From Bdellovibrio sp. (GTDB lineage: Bacteria; Bdellovibrionota; Bdellovibrionia; Bdellovibrionales; Bdellovibrionaceae), in assembly GCA_046318155.1 (NCBI GenBank), contig JBKCUU010000014.1, positions 1 through 40,017 of the forward strand: DNA of 40,017 bases, written 5' to 3'. The position numbers and the translations under genes were made by a program. This document shows, piece after piece, positions 7,493-15,875 of the stretch. Numbering within the stretch: the first letter of the stretch is position 1; each line of letters opens with the position of its first letter. The notes below the pieces were generated by a model that saw only the letters and a program-made list of their open reading frames with translations, did not search any database and was not told where the DNA came from.

Positions 7493-8659
7493 ATGCCCAA
7501 ATTTTTTGCTGTGACATCGCGCGGTCTTCAAGAGGCATTGGTCGAAGAATTAACTGAACTCGGCGCCAAGTATGTCGAAAAAGGCCCCGGCGGCGCTTTT
7601 TTCGAATCCAGCTGGGAAGGCTGCTACCGCGTAAATTTGGAGTCTCGGCTGGCTTCACGGGTTTTGAAACCCGTTTTGGATTTTACCGCCTACGATGGCG
7701 AAGAGCTTTATGGCCAAATCCGTCGCCACGATTTTACCAAATACATAAATAACGACCAAACACTCAAAGTGGAGTCGTCGGTTCAAGAGTCAAAGTTGCA
7801 CGATCAGCGCTTTGTGGCGATGAAAGTGAAAGATGCGATCGTTGATCAATTTCGCGAGCAATCGGGCGAGCGCCCGGATATTGAAACCAGCACGCCTGAC
7901 TTTCGCGTGTTTGTCCGTGGCTACAAAAACAACTTTCAAGTTTCGATCGACACGTCGGGGGATGCCCTTTTTATGCGTGGCTATCGCCGTGAAGCGGGTC
8001 TTGCTCCCATGAAAGAAAATTTGGCAGCAGGATTGATCCGCTTGACCGGCTGGCAAAAAGACATCCCCATCGTTGATCCCATGTGCGGATCAGGAACGAT
8101 CTTAATCGAAGCGGCCTTGATGGCGATGAATGTGTCTCCGGGTTCTTTGCGCCGCGGTTTTGGCTTCGAAAACTTGAAAGATTTTGAAGAGTCCGTTTAC
8201 GACCGCGTGATTGACGAAGTTGCAACGGCTGAGAAAGCGGAAATTCCATTTAAGTTCTACGGCTTTGATACCGACCGCAAAGTTTTGCAGGCCGCCAAAG
8301 ACAACGCTCGCCGCGCGGGTGTTGATCATTTGATCGAGTTTAAAAATGAGAGTATCGCGACCCTCGCCCCACCAGTTGAAAAAGGTTTGATCATTACAAA
8401 CCCTCCTTATGGCGCGCGCATTGGTGATGAAGACAACTTGAAAGACTTGTACCGAGATTTAGGACATACATTGAAACACCGTTTTCAGGGATGGCAGGCT
8501 TGGCTCTTATCTGGAAATAAAGATTTGATCTTGGAAATGAAACTAAAGGCGAGTCGCCGTCACACGATCTTTAACGGCCCGCTCGAGTGCAAGTTCTTGT
8601 GCTATGACATGTTTGCGGGTGCGATGGAGTCTCGGACATTTAAGCGCGAGCAGCACTAA
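7493..8659 (+). CDS. THUMP-domain RNA m2G methyltransferase (RlmL-like)
   Basis: RGYR...APMKENLAAG, DPMCGSGTILIEAA, ITNPPYG, FNGPLEC. Confidence 0.93.
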   Translation: MPKFFAVTSRGLQEALVEELTELGAKYVEKGPGGAFFESSWEGCYRVNLESRLASRVLKPVLDFTAYDGEELYGQIRRHDFTKYINNDQTLKVESSVQESKLHDQRFVAMKVKDAIVDQFREQSGERPDIETSTPDFRVFVRGYKNNFQVSIDTSGDALFMRGYRREAGLAPMKENLAAGLIRLTGWQKDIPIVDPMCGSGTILIEAALMAMNVSPGSLRRGFGFENLKDFEESVYDRVIDEVATAEKAEIPFKFYGFDTDRKVLQAAKDNARRAGVDHLIEFKNESIATLAPPVEKGLIITNPPYGARIGDEDNLKDLYRDLGHTLKHRFQGWQAWLLSGNKDLILEMKLKASRRHTIFNGPLECKFLCYDMFAGAMESRTFKREQH

Positions 8660-8699
8660 GCGCACAGTTGGACTGGCAAAGCTCTTTGTATGAAATTGC

Positions 8700-8729
8700 A
8701 AAAGGCTCTCAGGATGAGGGCCCTTTTTT
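8700..8729 (+). terminator. intrinsic terminator between convergent genes
   Basis: AAAA-GGCTCTC-AGGAT-GAGGGCC-CTTTTTT. Confidence 0.7.
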
Positions 8730-8764
8730 ATTTTTATATTTGAAGTGAACGGTGGCGTAAAAGA

Positions 8765-9130
8765 TCAAAATGGCTTCATCACTGCCAGCCAAGACGCTGT
8801 GCCGACGAGCCCGACGATGACGATCAAGCTGGCGAACGTCCACTGCGGTCGGCGCTTAATGACCGAGATGGCCAATCCGAGGACGATCCAGATACCTATT
8901 TTCGCGAGCATCCAATTTGGGAAACCGGTCGTAAGCCCTAAGCGTGCGGCAAGGCCAAAGCCCGCAACAAACATGATCAGCAAACCAATACCGTGGCAGG
9001 CAAACGTTAAAGTCTTGGCTTTCTTGTTTTGCATCTGCCCTGTGAGTGAAAGAATCAGCATCGAGCCCAGTCCGACGAGTAAAAAGGCGAGACCGACGAT
9101 GTGCATGATTTTGTAAAAGGCGTAACTCAT
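8765..9130 (-). CDS. small 4-TM membrane protein
   Basis: GGAGG Shine-Dalgarno; YKIMHIVG...HGIGL...W..AK..IW pattern; four hydrophobic helices with two His. Confidence 0.85.
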   Translation of the reverse strand: MSYAFYKIMHIVGLAFLLVGLGSMLILSLTGQMQNKKAKTLTFACHGIGLLIMFVAGFGLAARLGLTTGFPNWMLAKIGIWIVLGLAISVIKRRPQWTFASLIVIVGLVGTASWLAVMKPF

Positions 9131-9157
9131 GAATCCTCCAGTTGTTTGCCGGCGGTT

Positions 9158-10171
9158 CTACTCTTGTTCCGCGGCCATGCCTAATCTTTTCGAGATCAAT
9201 TTGATTTGTTGGCGCAGGTTGGTGAGGTGCTTCAAGTTTTGTATCGTCTTGAGGCCGTCTTTAAGCGGCTCGAGCGGATAGCCTGTGTAGGCGCCGGGTG
9301 TTTTGATGTCTTTGGTTACGGCTGCGCGTCCACCTAACGTCACACGATCGCAGATCGTTACATGGTCGGTAATGAGAGCGCTCCCGCCCGCCACAAAGTG
9401 ATCCCCAATGACCGAAGATCCGGCCACCATAAATCCGCCGGCAAAAAGTCCGTGCTTACCGATTTTGCAGTTGTGGGCAACATGACAAAGATTATCGAAT
9501 TTTGTGCCCTGGCCGACGCGTGTCTCGCCAATCGTTGCGCGGTCAATCGTCGTTCCTGAGCCCACCTCGACGTGATCTTCGAGAACGACAATTCCAATAT
9601 GCGGGACGTGGTGGTGATGACCCTGGGGATCCGTGGCGTAACCAAATCCCGCCGACCCAATCGTACAATTTGGACTGAGCGTGCAGTGATTGCCGACTTC
9701 GCAAAAGTCCATCACGACGGCGCCCGAGTGAATTCGGCAGTTCTGACCAATCTTTGCAAAAGCACCGATCACGGCGCCCGCATCGACTTGGGTTCCTTCG
9801 CCGATGACCGCCGTGCTGTGGATGTGAGCACCGGGAGACAGGAGTGGATCTTTAATTTGTTGCCGAGGATCAAAGAGAGGGAGAATTAAAACCATTGAGG
9901 CTTTTAGCGAAGGCGTTTTGAAAAGAGCTTGATGGACCTTGATTTCAAGATCGTCGGTCTTGATTTGATTTTCGACGATCAAAATAGAGGCATGGAGTGA
10001 GGCCGCTTTCAAGGCTTCGGCTTTGCCAATAAAAACAAGTTGAGATTCTTGCAGTTTTTCAGGGGTGCTCAGGCCTTTGGCGACGGCAGACTCGCTCCCA
10101 GAGGCCCATTTGAGGTAGGGACCTTCCAAGGCGCGAATCTGACGTGCTGTGACTTGAATGTTGCTTTGCAT
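9158..10171 (-). CDS. lpxD: UDP-3-O-acylglucosamine N-acyltransferase
   Basis: Hexapeptide repeats, IGSAGFGY, TTIDRA, KFDNLCHVAHNC, YTGYP. Confidence 0.92.
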   Translation of the reverse strand: MQSNIQVTARQIRALEGPYLKWASGSESAVAKGLSTPEKLQESQLVFIGKAEALKAASLHASILIVENQIKTDDLEIKVHQALFKTPSLKASMVLILPLFDPRQQIKDPLLSPGAHIHSTAVIGEGTQVDAGAVIGAFAKIGQNCRIHSGAVVMDFCEVGNHCTLSPNCTIGSAGFGYATDPQGHHHHVPHIGIVVLEDHVEVGSGTTIDRATIGETRVGQGTKFDNLCHVAHNCKIGKHGLFAGGFMVAGSSVIGDHFVAGGSALITDHVTICDRVTLGGRAAVTKDIKTPGAYTGYPLEPLKDGLKTIQNLKHLTNLRQQIKLISKRLGMAAEQE

Positions 10172-10279
10172 GCAAACCTCGCTCGAGCCCGGTGGGCGGC
10201 AAAGAAATCTCTGGAATCTTCGAGCAAAATCTAGTACTTAGCAATGGAATTCGAAGATGTAAAAGGGGTGCAAAGTTAT

Positions 10280-10714
10280 ATGGCAAAAAAAGCAGCGAGC
10301 AAAGCGTCTAAAGTTGGGGTAGAAAAAGTCGAGAAAGCCGAAAAAGTCGAAAAACCAAAAAAAGAAGCGGCTGCTCCTAAAGTCAAAGCCGAAAAAAAGG
10401 CACCCGCCAAAGTTAAAACCCTCGAAGAAAAAGCCGAAGCTAAAAAAGTGGCAAAAGAGAAAAAAGTCCAAGCGGCCGCCGCCGCCGCTGCTCACGAAGC
10501 CAATGAAAAATGGCTCGAAATGAAAGACAAGCACGGCAAAGAAAAGGCATCCAAGTATTCAATGACAGGGCAGTTTCAGGCCCACTCGCCTATCGAGCAT
10601 CCGAAGCTTGGTTGGGGGTACATCATAAACAACAACAACGACCGCTTGGAAGTTCTCTTTCAAGAAGGTGTGAAAATTCTGATCAGCAATTACAACGCAT
10701 CGGCAAAAATTTAA
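10280..10714 (+). CDS. Lys/Ala/Glu-rich protein with a C-terminal SH3/Tudor-like domain
   Basis: Low-complexity N-terminus followed by IEHPKLGWGYI...LEVLFQEGVKILI. Confidence 0.8.
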   Translation: MAKKAASKASKVGVEKVEKAEKVEKPKKEAAAPKVKAEKKAPAKVKTLEEKAEAKKVAKEKKVQAAAAAAAHEANEKWLEMKDKHGKEKASKYSMTGQFQAHSPIEHPKLGWGYIINNNNDRLEVLFQEGVKILISNYNASAKI

Positions 10715-10715
10715 A

Positions 10716-10744
10716 TTGCCGAGCGTAGGGGTTTCCCCTAGAAA
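10716..10744 (+). promoter_or_regulatory. putative sigma70 promoter directly upstream of the infA start codon
   Basis: TTGCCG-17 nt-TAGAAA, then 6 nt to ATG; no Shine-Dalgarno. Confidence 0.5.
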
Positions 10745-10750
10745 TGAAAC

Positions 10751-10969
10751 ATGGCGAAAGACGATCTAGCACAAGTTGACGGTAAAATCGTGGATGCACT
10801 CGCGGGTGGCCTTTACAAGGTGATTCTCGAGAATGAAGTTCAAATTACAGCAAAGCTTTGCGGCAAGATGCGTCGATTCAATATTCGCGTTGTCGTCGGA
10901 GACAAAGTCACCGTCGGGGTTTCTCCATACGATCCCACTCACGGCCTCATCATGTACCGGCATAAATAG
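10751..10969 (+). CDS. infA: translation initiation factor IF-1
   Basis: 72 aa, MAKDD...GKMRRFNIRVVVGDKVTVGVSPYDPTHGLIMYR. Confidence 0.97.
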   Translation: MAKDDLAQVDGKIVDALAGGLYKVILENEVQITAKLCGKMRRFNIRVVVGDKVTVGVSPYDPTHGLIMYRHK

Positions 10970-11076
10970 TTTTTTTGACCTGAGCCTGCGGGCTCAAAAT
11001 TATCACAGCCCAAAGGGCGAAAACGATTGTGTCCAATCTATTTCTAAGATCGAATCTTGAGAACCCAATTTGATGA

Positions 11077-13527
11077 ATGGAGTTTGTTTCAATGGAAGCA
11101 AGCCTGCAGCAGTATTTGTCGAAGCATGTCACCGGAGTTCCCCTTAAATCAGCAGCCGCCGTTCTTGCACTTGCGGCTGAGGGAGCAACGGTCCCATTTA
11201 TTGCAAGGTATCGAAAGGAACAGACGGGGAATTTGGACGAGGTCCAAATCCGTGCGGTCATCGAGTCAAACGAGACACATGCCGAAATCGTCAAGCGCAA
11301 AGCCTTTTTGCTAAAAGAGATCGGCGAGCAGAATAATTTGACAGAGGAAGTTAAGAAACGAATCGAACTGTCCTGGGACCTTGGTGAGCTCGAAGAGATT
11401 TACCGTCCCTTCAAGAAAAAGAAAAAAACCAAGGCCACCATCGCGCGGGAGGCGGGCCTTGAGCCCTTGTCGCAGTGGATTTGGGATGTGGGACATGGCA
11501 CGGCCAAAGACGATGTGACCATGGAGATGAAGGCCAAAAATTTTCTGAATGTCCCGGCTGGAATCGCGTCTTATGAACTAGCACTTAAGGGCGCTCAAGA
11601 TATTTTGGTCGAGAAAATCGCCAATGATCCCGAGCTGCGTTTGCTTGTACAAAAAAATTATATGGAAAAAGGCCGCATCGCTTCGAAGCGGGCCAAAGGT
11701 TTTAAGCCTCACTCTAAGTTTGAAATGTACGAAGAGTTTGAAGAGCCCGTGAAGTCCTTGATGGATGCCAAAGCTTCTCACCGGTACATGGCGATGCGCC
11801 GAGGATGGCAAGAAGAAGAGTTGGCCGTTGAGGTCAAGGGTGACGATGAAATGCTCTTATCAACCTTTGAGAAGTTTGCGACGACGGCTCCGGACAGCAA
11901 TACGGGCGCGTTTTTAAAACAGTCAGCAAAACTTGCGTTGACCGTTTATGTTTTGCCTTCGGTGACAAACGAAGTTCATCGCATGCTTAAGGACAAAGCG
12001 GACGACGATGCGATTCGTGTTTTTGCCGAGAATGTCAGGCGAGTTCTTTTGAGCTCGCCTTTTGGTTCGCGCTGCGTGGTCGGCGTTGACCCTGGTTTGA
12101 AATCGGGTTGCAAAGTGGCGCTCGTCGACAAGTCAGGTGCCTATATTTCTCACACCGTGATGCAGTTGTTGGGTGACCAGGCTGAAGCCAAAGCGAAAAC
12201 TTTGTTTTCGGAAGTGACCAAGCAAATCAGTATCGATGCGATTGCCGTCGGGAACGGAACGGCAGGTCGCCAAGCTGAGATCTTCTTGCGCAAAATTTTA
12301 AAAGAAATCGGCAAAGACAAAATCCCCGTGATCATGGTCAGTGAGTCTGGGGCCTCTGTTTACTCGGCCTCGGATGTGGCTCGGGCTGAGTTTCCGGACT
12401 TAGATTTGACTGTGAAAGGTGCCATCTCGATTGCGCGCCGATTGCAAGATCCCTTGAGCGAATTGGTAAAGGTTGATCCTAAAAGCATTGGCGTTGGGCA
12501 GTACCAACATGACGTCAATCAATCGTCGCTGAAGAAAAGTCTTGAGGCGGTTGTCGAGTCTTGCGTGAACACGGTCGGTGTTGATCTGAACACGGCCTCT
12601 CCGCATTTGCTCGCACATGTGGCGGGCATTGGTCCTACGCTCGCGCAAAATATCGTGGAGACCCGCAAGAAAGCGCTGTTTCAAGATCGGAGCGAGCTTT
12701 TAAAGGTTGGCAAGTTTAGCGCCAAAGTTTACGAGCAAGCGGCCGGCTTTTTGCGTATTCAAAGCGGTAAAATCTTTTTAGATTCGACCGGAATTCACCC
12801 CGAGCGTTATTCTGCTGTTCGCGACATGGCGACAGAGCTTGGTGTGGGCATCACGGAGCTTGTCGGCGAAGGAGCAAAAAAACTTCTTCCCCTGAGGGCA
12901 AAATGGGCCAAGTTGATTGGGGATTACACGTTTGACGATATTGTGAAAGAGCTTGAAAAGCCTGGCCGCGATCCTCGTGACCCGTTCAAAGTTTTTTCTT
13001 TTCGCGAGGATCTCTTTGAACCCAAAGATTTGAAAGAGGGCATGATTGCTCCTGGGATTGTGACCAACGTGACCAACTTTGGTGCGTTTGTTGACGTGGG
13101 CGTTCACCAAGACGGGCTGGTTCACATCAGTGAGTTGTCACATAAGTTTGTCAATGATCCTCGCCAAGTTGTGAACCCTGGTGATCAAGTGACTGTTCGA
13201 GTTTTGGGAGTGGATCTGGGTAAAAATCAAATTTCACTTTCGATGAAATTGGAAGCAGCACCCAAACTCTCGCGCGAACAAGCACCCGAGCGGCCACGCC
13301 GTGAGGAGGGACCTCGCGGGCGACCACAAGCGCGAGCAGGCGGGGCGCAGCCACGTCGTGAGGAGGGGCCTCGCGGGCAAGGTGGCCCACGGCCTGATCA
13401 CCGAGGCGATGGTCCTGGTCGAGGCAATTCCCGCGATCAGCGCGTTGACATTGGACCTCCACGCAAGCCAGCTTCGCCGTTTAACAACCCCTTCGCCGCT
13501 CTGAACATCAATACCAATAAGAAATAA
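11077..13527 (+). CDS. tex: Tex/YhgF transcription accessory protein (S1 domain)
   Basis: GATVPFIARYRKEQTG, SESGASVYSAS, SIARRLQDPLSELVK, IGVGQYQHD, VTNFGAFVDVGVHQDGLVHIS. Start may be 11092. Confidence 0.97.
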   Translation: MEFVSMEASLQQYLSKHVTGVPLKSAAAVLALAAEGATVPFIARYRKEQTGNLDEVQIRAVIESNETHAEIVKRKAFLLKEIGEQNNLTEEVKKRIELSWDLGELEEIYRPFKKKKKTKATIAREAGLEPLSQWIWDVGHGTAKDDVTMEMKAKNFLNVPAGIASYELALKGAQDILVEKIANDPELRLLVQKNYMEKGRIASKRAKGFKPHSKFEMYEEFEEPVKSLMDAKASHRYMAMRRGWQEEELAVEVKGDDEMLLSTFEKFATTAPDSNTGAFLKQSAKLALTVYVLPSVTNEVHRMLKDKADDDAIRVFAENVRRVLLSSPFGSRCVVGVDPGLKSGCKVALVDKSGAYISHTVMQLLGDQAEAKAKTLFSEVTKQISIDAIAVGNGTAGRQAEIFLRKILKEIGKDKIPVIMVSESGASVYSASDVARAEFPDLDLTVKGAISIARRLQDPLSELVKVDPKSIGVGQYQHDVNQSSLKKSLEAVVESCVNTVGVDLNTASPHLLAHVAGIGPTLAQNIVETRKKALFQDRSELLKVGKFSAKVYEQAAGFLRIQSGKIFLDSTGIHPERYSAVRDMATELGVGITELVGEGAKKLLPLRAKWAKLIGDYTFDDIVKELEKPGRDPRDPFKVFSFREDLFEPKDLKEGMIAPGIVTNVTNFGAFVDVGVHQDGLVHISELSHKFVNDPRQVVNPGDQVTVRVLGVDLGKNQISLSMKLEAAPKLSREQAPERPRREEGPRGRPQARAGGAQPRREEGPRGQGGPRPDHRGDGPGRGNSRDQRVDIGPPRKPASPFNNPFAALNINTNKK
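13293..13378 (+). repeat. 29-bp direct repeat encoding PRREEGPRG twice in the Tex tail
   Basis: 13293-13321 and 13350-13378 differ at 2 positions. Confidence 0.85.
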
Positions 13528-13607
13528 GCCGAAGCTCCTGTCGAGACCTTCAGCGCGGTTTCGATCTGGACTCCTTTCACATGCGCCCGTTTGATATCTT
13601 TTGAGAA

Positions 13608-14897
13608 GTGATTCTCAAAATTATTTTTTTCTGGCTCGGGCTCGTCTCGGCTTGGGTCCAGCCGGTCCAAGCCCAATCGCCAATCTATGTCTACCGCACG
13701 GGTGAAAGCGTTTCGTATTCGCCGACCTCGGATCCAAATTCATCATCTTGTCGTTTAAGAATTGGTTCGGCAATGCCTGCAGAAATGTTGGGCCGAGAAA
13801 ATGGCATGATCCATGTTCGATTTGAAGCGGATGCGATCAAAGGCTGCTTGTGGGATCAGCTTAAGGGACGCAATATCCGAGAAGGTTGGATCCCCGAAGC
13901 GCAAGTCAGCTATGGGGCGAATAATCCTGCAGATGCCATTCGAACGGATTCGGCCGCACCCAGATCAGCTGCGAGCGGCGCTCCTTGCCCCGAACCAATG
14001 AACTTAGGTGTTGGCCGCGAGAATGTGAATGGAATCGGAGCCCTGGTCAATCACTTGCGCAGTGTTGAAGCGGGAATGAAAACAGATGCCGATATCGAAA
14101 ACTATCTAAAGTGTTATCCACACGGCAATACACGCGCGGCCAATGACTACCCCGTGTATCGTCCCGTCATCGATAAAGTGGCCGAAATTTTTCAGGCGGA
14201 TTTAGGCGTGGGTTTTGTGTCTGTGAACAAATCTCTATTTAAATGCCTCCTTCGCCGAGAAAGTGGTTTTGATTCGCGGACCGTCTCGGGGACTGGAGCT
14301 GTGGGACTCGGGCAGCACACGGATATCAATATTCGCCATATCTCGAATCGGTTGTCACAGCGAGGAAGCTGGGAGCGCCAGCTTTGGGATCAGTTTTTTG
14401 CTGCAATGTCGAAAACTGCTGAAGGAAAACAACTCTTGAGTCAGTGCCCGCAAACGGCGGGTGGTCAGCCGCCGACTTTTAATTCTAAAGACGACGCGAA
14501 ATGCCCATTGAATTCAATGGCGGCGTCGGCCATTTACAATTTACAAGTGCAGCAGGCGCTGAGGCGCTCGTCGAAATTGCGCGATATTGATTGGAAAGAT
14601 GATCTGACTTACCAAGTGGCGATCGGTGCGACGTACAATTTGGGTGATGGCGCCGCCGCAAAAGCGGTTGATGATCTTGAGCTTGGGGGCTGGGTCGACT
14701 CGATTCGCAATCGTTCTCGCAATCCCAATAAACGCACGGAAGTAGCGGGGCATGTGGAGGCCTTAAGAAACTGCATGCAACAAGGCAACTGGAAGCCGAT
14801 GCACCCTGGTGATCAACCAAAATGTCAATTGCCGTCGGCAGGGACACATGGGCCCGCACGCCGAGTCCCGACACCACCACCGCGCCCTCGCCGGTAG
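13608..14897 (+). CDS. secreted lytic transglycosylase (SLT/GH23-like)
   Basis: Signal peptide; LRRESGF catalytic Glu, GAVGLGQ, ATYNLG; SH3b-like N-terminal part (EGWIP). Confidence 0.8.
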   Translation: MILKIIFFWLGLVSAWVQPVQAQSPIYVYRTGESVSYSPTSDPNSSSCRLRIGSAMPAEMLGRENGMIHVRFEADAIKGCLWDQLKGRNIREGWIPEAQVSYGANNPADAIRTDSAAPRSAASGAPCPEPMNLGVGRENVNGIGALVNHLRSVEAGMKTDADIENYLKCYPHGNTRAANDYPVYRPVIDKVAEIFQADLGVGFVSVNKSLFKCLLRRESGFDSRTVSGTGAVGLGQHTDINIRHISNRLSQRGSWERQLWDQFFAAMSKTAEGKQLLSQCPQTAGGQPPTFNSKDDAKCPLNSMAASAIYNLQVQQALRRSSKLRDIDWKDDLTYQVAIGATYNLGDGAAAKAVDDLELGGWVDSIRNRSRNPNKRTEVAGHVEALRNCMQQGNWKPMHPGDQPKCQLPSAGTHGPARRVPTPPPRPRR

Positions 14898-14908
14898 GTG
14901 GCCAGCAT

Positions 14909-15682
14909 CTATCTATTTTTGAGAATTATACGTGCGACTTCGGCGAAGCCTCGCCCACCGCGTGAAGGTGCAATGTAAGTCGGTTTAAACTTAAGGTCAG
15001 GCAAAAATTCGGCGATGTTGGCGACCGAAAAGCTGTGCGGAAAGTACTCCCACATCGGTTCGTCATTGGGCGAATCGCCAATAAACAGGCAGCTTTCTTT
15101 TGCCTGCGCATTTGAAATTGCAAATTCCTTTTGCAGGAGTCGCAGGCTTTGCGAAAGCTTGTTGTAATCACCAAACCATCCATTGACGTGAATGGAGCTG
15201 ACCTTGGCGTGAGCGCCGACTTGCTCAAAAAGATGGACGATTTTTTGAACTTCGGCTTTCGGCAGTCGAGGAACGTCCTCACAGAAGTCGATGGCCAGAT
15301 CCATGAGCCGTGTGAACTGATCTGACGCCAGCGCAGAACCAGGAACTTCGCGTAAAATCTGAGTCTGCAGCAGATCGAGCTTGAGTCTATTTTCTTTTTG
15401 AACTTTGTCATCGAACACAAAACTGCGGTGCATTTTTTTATTAAAGTAGCGAAAATAAAATGCGCCATTTTCGCCGACCACGCCGGCAACGGGCCACATC
15501 CGCGCAATCATTTCACACCATCCAGCCGGTCGACCAGTGACCGGAATCACGTGCACGCCAGCTTCGCTGAGCTCCCACATGGCTTGATAGGCTTCGGACC
15601 CAAGGCGTCCCTCATCGGTCATCGTGTCGTCGATATCGGTAAGAACGAAATCAATTTTGTTTTTAAAGGTGGTGATGCTCAT
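14909..15682 (-). CDS. HAD-IIB family hydrolase
   Basis: TDIDDT, VTGRPAGW, GENGA, K motif, IGDSPNDEPM. Confidence 0.93.
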   Translation of the reverse strand: MSITTFKNKIDFVLTDIDDTMTDEGRLGSEAYQAMWELSEAGVHVIPVTGRPAGWCEMIARMWPVAGVVGENGAFYFRYFNKKMHRSFVFDDKVQKENRLKLDLLQTQILREVPGSALASDQFTRLMDLAIDFCEDVPRLPKAEVQKIVHLFEQVGAHAKVSSIHVNGWFGDYNKLSQSLRLLQKEFAISNAQAKESCLFIGDSPNDEPMWEYFPHSFSVANIAEFLPDLKFKPTYIAPSRGGRGFAEVARIILKNR

Positions 15683-15875
15683 GCTTTGATTCTACTCAAC
15701 TGCGGTGTTCTGACCAGCCTGCGAGCCCTTCTTTGGTCGGAATTTCGACTTGTCTTGCGCCTAGAGTCGAATTTGGAGCTTGATCAAACCCAGGGTCACG
15801 ACTCATTTTGAAGAACGGACCTAGGCGATCTTTGGCGAGCTTATTATATAGACAAGCACCTTGAGGACACAAAAC

